This document shows positions 49,052-57,596 of a DNA stretch of 64,000 nt, in pieces. The position numbers were made by a program, and so were the translations under genes. Source of the DNA: a virus (lineage: Duplodnaviria > Heunggongvirae > Uroviricota > Caudoviricetes); IMG/VR virus record IMGVR_UViG_3300043444_000502, positions 64,001-128,000 of that record; one strand, written 5' to 3'. Position 1 is the first letter of the stretch; every line of letters begins with the position of its first letter. A model generated the notes under the pieces. That model ran no database searches and had not been told where the DNA came from. It saw only the letters and a program-made list of their open reading frames with translations.

Positions 49052-49061
49052 TTTTTACACC

Positions 49062-49088
49062 TAAGAGGAGTTTTCGCCCCTCCTCTTA
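49062..49088 (+). terminator. Hairpin downstream of the AAA gene
   Basis: TAAGAGGAG-N9-CTCCTCTTA. Confidence 0.55.
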
Positions 49089-49129
49089 TTCAAGGTGATA
49101 ATTGGGCGTTTTATTATGGAGCATAAACA

Positions 49130-49393
49130 ATGACAAAGCAAGCAAAACTTTTGGCGTCTTTCGAACAAGGTAATTCACTTACGGCTAAACAAATTAGCTC
49201 AATGTTCGGCTTAAAAGATCCAGCAGCATCAGTTCGCAATCTTCGCGAACAAGGTCATTGCATCTACGCTAATAGCGTTAAGTTGCATGATGGCACTGAA
49301 TCTACTAAGTATCGCCTTGGCAAACCAACACGCCGCATGGTTGCACTAGCTGCACGAATTGCTGGCGCAGGTGCGTTCACACGTAACGTTTAA
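49130..49393 (+). CDS. Small basic winged-HTH-like protein
   Basis: LTAKQI...FGLKDPAASVRNLREQGH...YRLGKPTR. Confidence 0.7.
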   Translation: MTKQAKLLASFEQGNSLTAKQISSMFGLKDPAASVRNLREQGHCIYANSVKLHDGTESTKYRLGKPTRRMVALAARIAGAGAFTRNV

Positions 49394-49404
49394 TCACGTG
49401 TACT

Positions 49405-49452
49405 GAAGAAGGGCAGAGGGACTGGACACCTACTCTGCCCATTCTTCTTTTT
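49405..49452 (+). terminator. Rho-independent terminator
   Basis: GAAGAAGGGCAGAG...CTCTGCCC-A-TTCTTC plus T run. Confidence 0.8.
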
Positions 49453-49464
49453 GTTTAAGGAATA

Positions 49465-49809
49465 ATGATGGCAAAAAAAGATAATATTGATGTTGTAAAA
49501 GCATCGCAAACTGCCACCACCGGCGGCAGAAAATTTGATGGTAATAAAACAGAATATGGTCTTTTGCCTCCTCTTGCGTTAGAGGAGATTGCAAAAGTTT
49601 TGACATTTGGTGCACAAAAATATGAGCGTGATAATTGGAAACGAGTTCCAGATTCTAAGCGAAGATATTTTGATGCATTGCAACGACATATTTGGGCATA
49701 TAAACGCGGCGAAAAATTAGATCCAGAAACCGGTTTGCATCATTTAGCCCATGCAGGTTGTTGTTTAATGTTCTTATATGAGCATGATGTCGAATATTCG
49801 AAAGAATAA
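49465..49809 (+). CDS. dATP/dGTP diphosphohydrolase N-terminal-domain (DUF5664-type) protein
   Basis: KFDGNK...LLPP..L..IAKVLTFGAQKY..DNW; RYFDALQRH; DPETGLHHLAHA. Confidence 0.85.
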   Translation: MMAKKDNIDVVKASQTATTGGRKFDGNKTEYGLLPPLALEEIAKVLTFGAQKYERDNWKRVPDSKRRYFDALQRHIWAYKRGEKLDPETGLHHLAHAGCCLMFLYEHDVEYSKE

Positions 49810-49810
49810 T

Positions 49811-49839
49811 TGTACAAATTATTTGATTTATGGTATAAT
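49811..49839 (+). promoter_or_regulatory. Early promoter TGTACA-N17-TATAAT upstream of g45
   Basis: -35 at 49811-49816, -10 at 49834-49839. Confidence 0.85.
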
Positions 49840-49866
49840 GTTATTATACAACGTTAAGGATATATT

Positions 49867-50541
49867 ATGAAACTTTCCCAAGAAACAATTGCAATTTTGA
49901 AAAATTTTGCATCTATTCAACCAAATCTAATGTTTAGAGCTGGTTCAGAATTAAAAACAATTGCAGAAGCAAAAAATATTGTTGCTAAAGCAACGATTAC
50001 TGAAACAATTCCACAAGACTTTGGCATTTATGACGTCAATGATTTCTTATCTTCATTGAGTTTGTTTAGTCAACCATCTATGACTTTCTCAGAAGATGGG
50101 AAAAATGTCTTTTTACAAGAAGGTAAATCTTCTCTAAAATATTTCTTTTCAGATGAAGCTTCATTGACATATCCTCAAAAAGATATTACAATGCCAGCAA
50201 CAGATGCATCATTTGAATTGACGGCTGAAGTTCTAAAAAATCTTCAGCGTGCTACATCGCTTTTATCAGTTTCAACAGTTGCAGTTGAAAGCGTTGGTAG
50301 TGGTATTGTTATTCGTGTACAAGATGCAAAAAATTCAACTTCTAATTCATACGGTACAGAAGTAGAAGGTAATAATAATGGCCATAATTTCAAATTCCAT
50401 TTTGATATCTCAAATTTTAAAATTCTTCCGGGAGACTATGACGTATCAATCTCTGGTAAACTCATCTCCCATTTTAAACACAAGACTCTCCCAATTGAAT
50501 ATTGGATTGCTCTTGAAAAATCATCAACATATGAGGCATAA
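49867..50541 (+). CDS. g45: Sliding clamp gp45
   Basis: MKLSQETIAILKNFASIQ, FGIYDVNDFL, YWIALE. Confidence 0.96.
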   Translation: MKLSQETIAILKNFASIQPNLMFRAGSELKTIAEAKNIVAKATITETIPQDFGIYDVNDFLSSLSLFSQPSMTFSEDGKNVFLQEGKSSLKYFFSDEASLTYPQKDITMPATDASFELTAEVLKNLQRATSLLSVSTVAVESVGSGIVIRVQDAKNSTSNSYGTEVEGNNNGHNFKFHFDISNFKILPGDYDVSISGKLISHFKHKTLPIEYWIALEKSSTYEA

Positions 50542-50543
50542 TA

Positions 50544-50729
50544 ATGAAACTATCTGATCTACAAATCGTTGTTCAAATTATTGATCTTGCAGCAGAACGA
50601 GGCATTTATAAAGGTGCTGATCTAAAAACTGTTGGAGAAGTACGTGAACGTGTAATTGAATTTATTAAAGTTAACACACCAAAGGAAGAAGGAGTTAATA
50701 CAAATGAGTCTAGCCAAACAACTGAGTAA
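50544..50729 (+). CDS. Small hypothetical protein
   Basis: 61-aa ORF (IIDLAAERG...G) between g45 and dsbA. Confidence 0.65.
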   Translation: MKLSDLQIVVQIIDLAAERGIYKGADLKTVGEVRERVIEFIKVNTPKEEGVNTNESSQTTE

Positions 50730-50964
50730 TCCAGCAGATCGTAAAGCTGTATATGATGCTATTGTAGAAATTTCAAATTCTATGACTCGCATGGATGCTG
50801 AGCGTGATCTTATTAAAGAAACCTTAAATATGGTTAAAGATAAGTATGAACTTCCATCAAAATATACACGCACCCTTGCAAAGATTTATCATAAACAAAA
50901 CTTTACTCAACTTAAAGCTGAACAAGAAGAAGTAGAAGATTTGTATGAATCCCTCACGTCGTAA
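50704..50964 (+). CDS. dsbA: dsDNA-binding protein DsbA (T4-type)
   Basis: LAKIYHKQN...AEQEEVEDLYE resembles T4 DsbA LLALYHKDN...AETEEVVELYD; GGAG RBS before ATG 50704. Confidence 0.8.
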   Translation: MSLAKQLSNPADRKAVYDAIVEISNSMTRMDAERDLIKETLNMVKDKYELPSKYTRTLAKIYHKQNFTQLKAEQEEVEDLYESLTS

Positions 50965-51277
50965 ATTCTTTAAAGGATTTGGTGTATTAGGTGCGGTGGT
51001 TGCAGGCGCAACTGCCGTAAAAGTTACGGTTGAAGAAACTAAAAAAACAACTGAGGACATTTCTCACCTAGCCCCAGAACCAAATACAACATTAATGTTG
51101 ACTGGTGATAATAGAACGCCAGAAGAAAAACAAGCAATGATGTCACCACCATCAAATGGATTCATGCTTTACCAACAACCTCAAGTTACTAATCAAGTTT
51201 CATTGGCCGTTGGTAAAGACAACAGGTTGTGGATTAAAATTGATGAGCAATGGAAACGAGTTTCTGTTGACGCTTAA
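50945..51277 (+). CDS. Hypothetical protein with twin-arginine (Tat) signal peptide
   Basis: MNPSRRKFFK-GFGVLGAVVAGATA. Confidence 0.7.
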   Translation: MNPSRRKFFKGFGVLGAVVAGATAVKVTVEETKKTTEDISHLAPEPNTTLMLTGDNRTPEEKQAMMSPPSNGFMLYQQPQVTNQVSLAVGKDNRLWIKIDEQWKRVSVDA

Positions 51278-51293
51278 TATTATGGAGTTATGA

Positions 51294-52232
51294 ATGCAAG
51301 ACCAATTTTTGTGGGTAGAAAAATATCGTCCTAAAACTATCGAAGAATGTATTCTTCCAAAACAATTGAAAGATACATTCCAACAAATTATTGATAGCGG
51401 CGAATTACCTAATTTGATGTTTACAGGTACTGCTGGTCTTGGCAAGACTACAGTTGCTCGAGCTCTATGTGAGCAACTTGGAATTGATTACATTGTAATT
51501 AACGGATCTGAAGAAGGTAATATCGATACGCTTCGTACAAAGATTCGTCAATTCGCTTCAACAGTTTCACTTACTGGTGGATACAAATGTGTTATCCTTG
51601 ATGAGGCTGATTATCTAAATCCACAATCAACTCAACCAGCTTTACGCGGTTTCATTGAAGAATTTGCAAATAACTGCCGATTCATTCTAACATGTAACTT
51701 TAAGAATCGTATTATTGAACCACTTCATTCTCGTTGTGGTGTGATTGACTTCAAGTTTGATAAGAAGATTCTTGCAAACTTGTGCGGTCAGTTTATGAAT
51801 CGTTTAAAGTTTATTCTTACAGAAGAAAATATTTCTTTCCAAGAACCAGTACTTGCAGAGCTCATCATGAAACATGCACCAGATTGGCGCCGTGTTTTAA
51901 ATGAAGCCCAACGTTATAGTATTACAGGTTCTATTGATGAAGGTGTATTAGTTACTCTTAATGATAAATCTATTAAAGATCTAATGACAGCTCTTAAAGC
52001 TAAAAATTTTAAGAGTATGCGTGAATGGGTTGTCAATAATATTGACACAGAACCGCATGCAATCTTTAGAAAGATCTATGATAATTTAAACGAGCATTTG
52101 CAACCACAATCTATTCCACAAATTATCATTATCTTAGCTGATTATCAATATAAGAATGCATTTGTCGCAGACCACGAATTAAATGTGGTTGCATGTATGA
52201 CTGAAGTTATGGCAAATGCGGAGTTTAAATGA
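51294..52232 (+). CDS. g44: Clamp loader large subunit gp44
   Basis: LWVEKYRP, GTAGLGKT, ILDEAD, SRC. Confidence 0.97.
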   Translation: MQDQFLWVEKYRPKTIEECILPKQLKDTFQQIIDSGELPNLMFTGTAGLGKTTVARALCEQLGIDYIVINGSEEGNIDTLRTKIRQFASTVSLTGGYKCVILDEADYLNPQSTQPALRGFIEEFANNCRFILTCNFKNRIIEPLHSRCGVIDFKFDKKILANLCGQFMNRLKFILTEENISFQEPVLAELIMKHAPDWRRVLNEAQRYSITGSIDEGVLVTLNDKSIKDLMTALKAKNFKSMREWVVNNIDTEPHAIFRKIYDNLNEHLQPQSIPQIIIILADYQYKNAFVADHELNVVACMTEVMANAEFK

Positions 52233-52411
52233 CACGCGCTAATATATACTCTAAAGAAAATTTTTGGTGTGTAGACTATATTGATTCGAATTATGAAATG
52301 TTACCAGCAGTTGGTATGTTCACAGAATTAGAAGCTGCACGCCAATCTGCATTAGAGTGGTGTGAAGGAGTATTAGAAAATGTGGCGATTGTGGGCAAAG
52401 GCTCTTGGTGA
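52229..52411 (+). CDS. Small hypothetical protein
   Basis: 60-aa ORF with ATGA overlap with g44. Confidence 0.55.
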   Translation: MTRANIYSKENFWCVDYIDSNYEMLPAVGMFTELEAARQSALEWCEGVLENVAIVGKGSW

Positions 52412-52529
52412 AAAGGCAAGTGCGTGTGATAATGAATCTGATAAAGTTGCTCTAATTCGCACGTGCATTGTCCTTTGTTATATAATTACTAACCTGTTCA
52501 TTGTAGCAGGTGTTATTAGGCATTGGTGA
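52380..52529 (+). CDS. 49-aa single-TM protein, not in the ORF track
   Basis: Manual translation MWRLWAKALGEKASACDNESDKVALIRTCIVLCYIITNLFIVAGVIRHW; stop abuts the g62 ATG. Confidence 0.75.
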   Translation: MWRLWAKALGEKASACDNESDKVALIRTCIVLCYIITNLFIVAGVIRHW

Positions 52530-52530
52530 T

Positions 52531-52905
52531 ATGAATCCATTTGATTATGTAAATGCAATATGTGACACTAAACAAAACTTAATTGTAGATGAAGTTTCTG
52601 AAAAAGCTTATAATCCATTTATGATTAATAGATCTTTGTCATACCATTATGACACTGTTTTGCTAGCCAATGAGATGAACACTAGACATCATCTCGATAA
52701 AAAGCTTCAAAACGATTTTCTTATAAATACAGTTAGGAAGAAAAAAAGGTTCTCCAAATGGATCAAACCTTTATCTTCTAGTGATTTGGAAATCGTCAAA
52801 GAGTATTATGGCTACAGCAATGAAAAAGCTCGACAAGTCTTATCCTTACTCAATGACGAACAAATGGGACAATTGAGACAAAGGATTTTCAAAGGTGGAA
52901 AATAA
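52531..52905 (+). CDS. g62: Clamp loader small subunit gp62
   Basis: MNPFDYVNAI, YNPFMINRSLS, KKKRFSKW, VKEYYGYSNEKA. Confidence 0.93.
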   Translation: MNPFDYVNAICDTKQNLIVDEVSEKAYNPFMINRSLSYHYDTVLLANEMNTRHHLDKKLQNDFLINTVRKKKRFSKWIKPLSSSDLEIVKEYYGYSNEKARQVLSLLNDEQMGQLRQRIFKGGK

Positions 52906-53320
52906 CGAAAAGAGCGTCGAGTGGACTCCAGCAAGTATGTTGGAAGTTACCCTAAACGAGCCAGATGATTTCTTAAAAGTGAGAGAAACACTTACACGAA
53001 TTGGTGTAGCATCACGTAAAGATAGAAAACTGTATCAGTCATGTCATATCTTGCATAAACAAGGCAGATATTTCATTGTACATTTTAAAGAATTATTTGT
53101 ATTAGATGGAAAACCATCCACTATTACTGAGAATGATATTCAACGTCGCAATACTATTGCAATTTTGTTATCTGACTGGGGATTAGTAACTATAAATAAT
53201 GGCGAACAAGCCAAAGATCGTGCTCCTCTAAGACAGATCAAAGTATTGTCATTTAGAGAACGCGATGAATGGGAATTGTGTCCTAAATATAATATCGGTA
53301 ATACGCGTAAAGATTTCTAA
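52895..53320 (+). CDS. regA: Translational repressor RegA
   Basis: PDDFLKVRETLTRIGVA, LYQSCHILHKQGRYFIVHFKELF. Confidence 0.97.
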   Translation: MENNEKSVEWTPASMLEVTLNEPDDFLKVRETLTRIGVASRKDRKLYQSCHILHKQGRYFIVHFKELFVLDGKPSTITENDIQRRNTIAILLSDWGLVTINNGEQAKDRAPLRQIKVLSFRERDEWELCPKYNIGNTRKDF

Positions 53321-53437
53321 ATCCCTTCGGGATGGGAACTGGCTTTGAGGGTGTGCCAGTTAAGAAACACCTCACTATACGCCTTATGGGTATAGGACAA
53401 TTTATAACTTTTTAACTCGCTTAATAGGAGCAAAAAT
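53321..53437 (+). promoter_or_regulatory. Structured 5' leader of hsp20 with ROSE-like thermometer hairpin
   Basis: Stems AACTGGC/GCCAGTT and CTATAC/GTATAG; CTCGCT-TAAT-AGGAG pairs the SD with a bulged G. Confidence 0.6.
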
Positions 53438-53947
53438 ATGAACACATTAGTAAAAGACTTTTTTCAGAAGCCATTTGAAGTTTTAAACGTTTCATCTAAG
53501 GACTTCGACAAATTCTTCGTTGGTTTCGACGAGCAATTCGATCGTATGGCAAAAACTGCCCAAGAACTAACTAAGAACATTCCAGCATATCCTCCATTCA
53601 ATATCAAAAAAGAATCTGATAACAAATACTCTATCGAGATGGCTGTTGCAGGATTCTCTCAATCTGATATTGATATTACTCTTGACGGCAATAAACTTAC
53701 TATTACAGGTAAGACAACTGATGATGCTGAAGGTGGTGAATTCTTATTTAAAGGAATTGCTAATCGCGCATTCACACGCACATTTGCACTAGCTGATAAG
53801 ATTGAAGTTCAATCTGCAGAAATCGTAAATGGTATGTTGAAGGTTGCTCTTGACAAGTTGGCAGAAGTGTCTACTGTTAAGAAGATTGAGGTTAAAGGCG
53901 CTAAAAAGTCTAAGAAAGAATTCTTAGCTGAAGAAGCTGCTGAGTAA
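53438..53947 (+). CDS. hsp20: Small heat-shock protein (Hsp20/IbpA-like)
   Basis: YPPFNI, IEMAVAGF, FLFKGIANRAFTRTF, NGML. Confidence 0.95.
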   Translation: MNTLVKDFFQKPFEVLNVSSKDFDKFFVGFDEQFDRMAKTAQELTKNIPAYPPFNIKKESDNKYSIEMAVAGFSQSDIDITLDGNKLTITGKTTDDAEGGEFLFKGIANRAFTRTFALADKIEVQSAEIVNGMLKVALDKLAEVSTVKKIEVKGAKKSKKEFLAEEAAE

Positions 53948-53964
53948 TAATCTTCATCAGAGGT

Positions 53965-53992
53965 AAGGGCGGGCAACCGCCCTTTGTGGTTT
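53965..53992 (+). terminator. Terminator with GCAA tetraloop
   Basis: AAGGGCGG-GCAA-CCGCCCTT followed by TGTGGTTTT. Confidence 0.8.
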
Positions 53993-53993
53993 T

Positions 53994-54575
53994 ATGATCG
54001 TAAGAAAATTAAAAAGCACTAAAGATAAAGAATTAGTTAAACTACATTTATATAGTTTAACTGGTGAAGATCGTCGCCTTAGATTTGGATCTATGGTTAG
54101 TGATACGTATATTAGAGATTATGTTGATTTATCTTGGAATGATGAAAAAAACCAATGGTTTGGTTGTATTGTAAATGGTGCATTAGTTTCCGCATGCCAC
54201 GTAGCCATATATAATAATGAGGGCGAACTCGGATGTTCAGTCGATAAAAACTATCGAGGACATGGATTAGCTCAAGAAATGTTTGATAGAGCTGTTACAT
54301 ATCTACGTACGCAAAATATTAAAGAAGTCTATATGCATTGTTTGACAGAAAATCAGGCAATGAGACACATTGCAAAAAAGCATGACATGGTAGTTGTTAG
54401 TTGTGATGGAGAAACAGACGCTAAAGTCAAGGTTGAACCACCCACTCCGCTTACCATTTATAAAGATGCATACTTAGATCGTGTAGCAATCTACGACATG
54501 GTTATCAGAACACATTCTGAAATCTATGAAAGATGGCTAAACGCGTTTAGGTATGAGCGGAAAAAAGAAATATAA
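53994..54575 (+). CDS. GNAT-family acetyltransferase
   Basis: DRRLRFG, ELGCSV...YRGHGLAQEMF, ENQAMRHIAKK. Confidence 0.85.
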   Translation: MIVRKLKSTKDKELVKLHLYSLTGEDRRLRFGSMVSDTYIRDYVDLSWNDEKNQWFGCIVNGALVSACHVAIYNNEGELGCSVDKNYRGHGLAQEMFDRAVTYLRTQNIKEVYMHCLTENQAMRHIAKKHDMVVVSCDGETDAKVKVEPPTPLTIYKDAYLDRVAIYDMVIRTHSEIYERWLNAFRYERKKEI

Positions 54576-54756
54576 AATAGTCTCTATGGACACTGTCTTG
54601 CTAGGTGAATGGCAAATAAAAGCTAGTCAAATGGCAGGACAAATATTATTGCTGATGTATAATCAGCATACCCATGAATTTGTTATTCAATATGTCGATG
54701 ACATAAAGAAAGCAAATATTATAGTTGAATATGTGATTGAAAAAGGAACATTATGA
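54553..54756 (+). CDS. Small hypothetical protein
   Basis: 67-aa ORF overlapping its neighbours. Confidence 0.55.
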   Translation: MSGKKKYKIVSMDTVLLGEWQIKASQMAGQILLLMYNQHTHEFVIQYVDDIKKANIIVEYVIEKGTL

Positions 54757-55037
54757 TTAAATGCATTCAGTTAGTAAATGGCCACGATATTATTGGTGAT
54801 ATTGAAGAACATGGTCCTCACTACATTGTAAAAGAACCTGCAGCAATTCATTTAGTACCGCAACAAGGTACATCATTTGGAGTAGGTTTAATTCCATTTA
54901 TGCCATACAGCGAAAGCAATAAAATCGCAGTCGTTAAAGATAAAGTTGTGATTGAATTTGAACCTTCGATTGAGATGCGCAATAATTACAGCAAATTATT
55001 TGGTGCAGGAATCCAAATCGCTAATGTTATGCCTTAA
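54753..55037 (+). CDS. Conserved T4-like hypothetical (Sm-like) protein upstream of g43
   Basis: IKCIQLVNGHDIIG...LIPFMPY. Confidence 0.65.
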   Translation: MIKCIQLVNGHDIIGDIEEHGPHYIVKEPAAIHLVPQQGTSFGVGLIPFMPYSESNKIAVVKDKVVIEFEPSIEMRNNYSKLFGAGIQIANVMP

Positions 55038-55044
55038 AAACTAG

Positions 55045-55073
55045 TTTACTTTTTAATCTAGTTGTGGTATAAT
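55045..55073 (+). promoter_or_regulatory. Promoter TTTACT-N17-TATAAT upstream of g43
   Basis: -35 at 55045-55050, TGTGG plus -10 at 55068-55073. Confidence 0.82.
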
Positions 55074-55079
55074 ATAGCT

Positions 55080-57596
55080 ATGGAATTCTATACTAATATA
55101 TCTCGTTACGGCAATCAACTCCTTTATCGTGGATACAAGGATGGTCGCCGTATCCAAACAAAAATCCCCTTTTCTCCAACACTTTTTGTCCCAGTAGAAA
55201 AACCTACGGGATGGATAGCTGTCGATGGAAAACATGTTGAACCATACCGTTGCGAAACTATGCGCGACGCAAAAGAATTTATGGAACGTTATAAAGATGT
55301 TTCTAATTTCGAAATCTATGGTAACACTAATTATATTGCACAATTCGTTACTGAAAAATTTCCAGGAATAATTAAATTTGATCCTACAATTGTCAATATT
55401 ACTTCAATCGATATCGAAGTAGCTTCTAATGAAGGTTTCCCAGAACCAGAAGAAGCAAAATATCCAATCATTTCTATCGCAATTAAGAATAATATTGATA
55501 ACACATATTATGTGTGGGGTCTTGGACCTTATGATGTAAGTAAATCTATTATGCAAAATAATAGAGTTGTGTATGTTCAATGCAAAGATGAACAAGAATT
55601 GTTAGTTCGATTTATAAATCATTGGGGTTCAGCTACACATATTCCAGATATTGTTACAGGTTGGAATATTCGTAATTTTGATATTCCATATATCGTCAAT
55701 CGTTGCGCTCGTATCCTTGATGGTGATACTATTAGAAAATTATCTCCATGGGGTAGAGTCGAAGAAAAACTTGTTACAATGCAAAAGAAACAAGTTCAAA
55801 TGTATGATATCATCGGTATTGCACAACTTGACTGGATGGATTTATTTAAAAAGTTTGGTCACACTTATGGTCCACAAGAAAATTATCGTCTAGATACGAT
55901 TGCTAATACTGTGCTTGGTGAACATAAGCTTGATTATGATGGCACACTACACACATTGTACATGACTGATCATCAGAAGTTTATCGACTATAACATTCGA
56001 GATGTTGATCTTGTTGTTCGTATGGAAGAAAAAGTTGGATTGATCGTTCTATGTTTGACTATGGCTTATAAAGCTGGTGTTAACTATAACGATACATTTG
56101 GTACTACTTCTATTTGGGATACATTAATCTATCGTTATCTTACTCCACAAAATATTGCGGTACCTCCAAATAGAGAATCATTCAAAGAAGCTTATGATGG
56201 TGGTTATGTTAAGGAACCGCAATGTGGTGTGCATGATTGGGTTGCATCATTCGACGTAAACTCTCTGTATCCAAACATCATTGTACAATGGAACATGTCA
56301 CCTGAAACTATCGTTAAAGGTCGTCATGATCATCGTGTAAGTCCTGATTCTATTCTCGAAGGTTATGTACCTGAGAAGACTGAATATGGTGTATGTGGTT
56401 CTGGTCAAATGTTCTCTAATGAGAAACAGGGTTTCATGCCTAAGATTATTGAAGAACTATATGATGAGCGTGTTAAAGTTAAGAAGATGATGCTAGCTTC
56501 TAAACGAGAACTTGAATCATGTGATAAAACAAATAAGCAAGAAGTGTATAGAATTGAACGTGATATTGTTCGTTATGAAAATGAACAAACAGCTATTAAA
56601 CTTTTGCTTAACTCACTTTATGGTGCACTTGGTAATAAGTACTTCCGTTACTTTACGATGGAGATTGCAGAAGGCATCACATTATCTGGCCAATCGATCA
56701 TTCGTTGGGCTGAAAAAGCAGTTAATGATTATCTAAATAAAGCACTAAGAAACCAAAAGTACAAAGACTATGTCATCGCTATTGATACTGATTCTGTTTA
56801 TGTTAATCTTGGTGAGGTTGTTAAGGCGTCGAAATTAACAGACAAAACTAAGATCACTAACTTCCTTGATAAGTTGTGCAGTGAAGCATTAGAATCTGTA
56901 TTGGATAAAGCATTCATTCAGATTACAGAAAATATGAATTGCTTTAAGAAGCGTCTAACTATGAAGCGTGAAGCTATTGCAGATCGTGCCATTTGGACTG
57001 CTAAGAAACGTTATATCTTAAATGTACTAGATAACGAAGGTGTACGATATGCAAAACCGAAGCTTAAGATCATGGGAATCGAGGCGATCAAGTCCTCAAC
57101 ACCGGGCACGTGTCGCGAGGCTTTTGAAGAATTGTTTAAAGTGCTCATCTCAGGTACGGAAACTGAAACTCAAACTTTTATTCAATCTTATAGAGAAAAA
57201 TTTGAGTCACTTCCGCCCGAAGATAAAGCGTTCCCGCGCGGGGTTTCACAAGTTAAGGAATACCAATCGCGTGATACGATCTACAAGAAAGGTACGCCGA
57301 TAAATTCACGTGCTGCTATCTTGTATAATCATATGCTTGATAAAAACGGATTGAAGACTTATACACCAATCCGTGGTGGTGACAAGATTAAGTACATTTA
57401 TTTGTATCCAAACAATCCAACAAAAGAAGATGTAATTGGATTTGTAGATATTTTACCACCTGAATTTAAACTAGATAAGTATATCGATAACGATAAACAA
57501 TTTGAAAAGGCTTTTCTTGAACCAGCTAAATTAATTTTAGATGCTATCGGTTGGAAAGCTGAACCAGTTGCAACATTAGAGGACTTTTTTGGATGA
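55080..57596 (+). CDS. g43: Family B DNA polymerase gp43
   Basis: DIE ExoI, GWN..NFD, SFDVNSLYP, KLLLNSLYG, AIDTDS, KKRY; ATG at 55080; no intein seen. Confidence 0.98.
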   Translation: MEFYTNISRYGNQLLYRGYKDGRRIQTKIPFSPTLFVPVEKPTGWIAVDGKHVEPYRCETMRDAKEFMERYKDVSNFEIYGNTNYIAQFVTEKFPGIIKFDPTIVNITSIDIEVASNEGFPEPEEAKYPIISIAIKNNIDNTYYVWGLGPYDVSKSIMQNNRVVYVQCKDEQELLVRFINHWGSATHIPDIVTGWNIRNFDIPYIVNRCARILDGDTIRKLSPWGRVEEKLVTMQKKQVQMYDIIGIAQLDWMDLFKKFGHTYGPQENYRLDTIANTVLGEHKLDYDGTLHTLYMTDHQKFIDYNIRDVDLVVRMEEKVGLIVLCLTMAYKAGVNYNDTFGTTSIWDTLIYRYLTPQNIAVPPNRESFKEAYDGGYVKEPQCGVHDWVASFDVNSLYPNIIVQWNMSPETIVKGRHDHRVSPDSILEGYVPEKTEYGVCGSGQMFSNEKQGFMPKIIEELYDERVKVKKMMLASKRELESCDKTNKQEVYRIERDIVRYENEQTAIKLLLNSLYGALGNKYFRYFTMEIAEGITLSGQSIIRWAEKAVNDYLNKALRNQKYKDYVIAIDTDSVYVNLGEVVKASKLTDKTKITNFLDKLCSEALESVLDKAFIQITENMNCFKKRLTMKREAIADRAIWTAKKRYILNVLDNEGVRYAKPKLKIMGIEAIKSSTPGTCREAFEELFKVLISGTETETQTFIQSYREKFESLPPEDKAFPRGVSQVKEYQSRDTIYKKGTPINSRAAILYNHMLDKNGLKTYTPIRGGDKIKYIYLYPNNPTKEDVIGFVDILPPEFKLDKYIDNDKQFEKAFLEPAKLILDAIGWKAEPVATLEDFFG

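Noticed and set aside
49465-49809. 2-aminoadenine (Z) genome
   Set aside because: No purZ in the window; the DUF5664-type domain alone is insufficient
26997-57596. Introns, inteins or homing endonucleases in g17, g46, uvsW or g43
   Set aside because: ORFs are continuous and of normal length; no Hint, HNH, GIY-YIG or LAGLIDADG motifs seen
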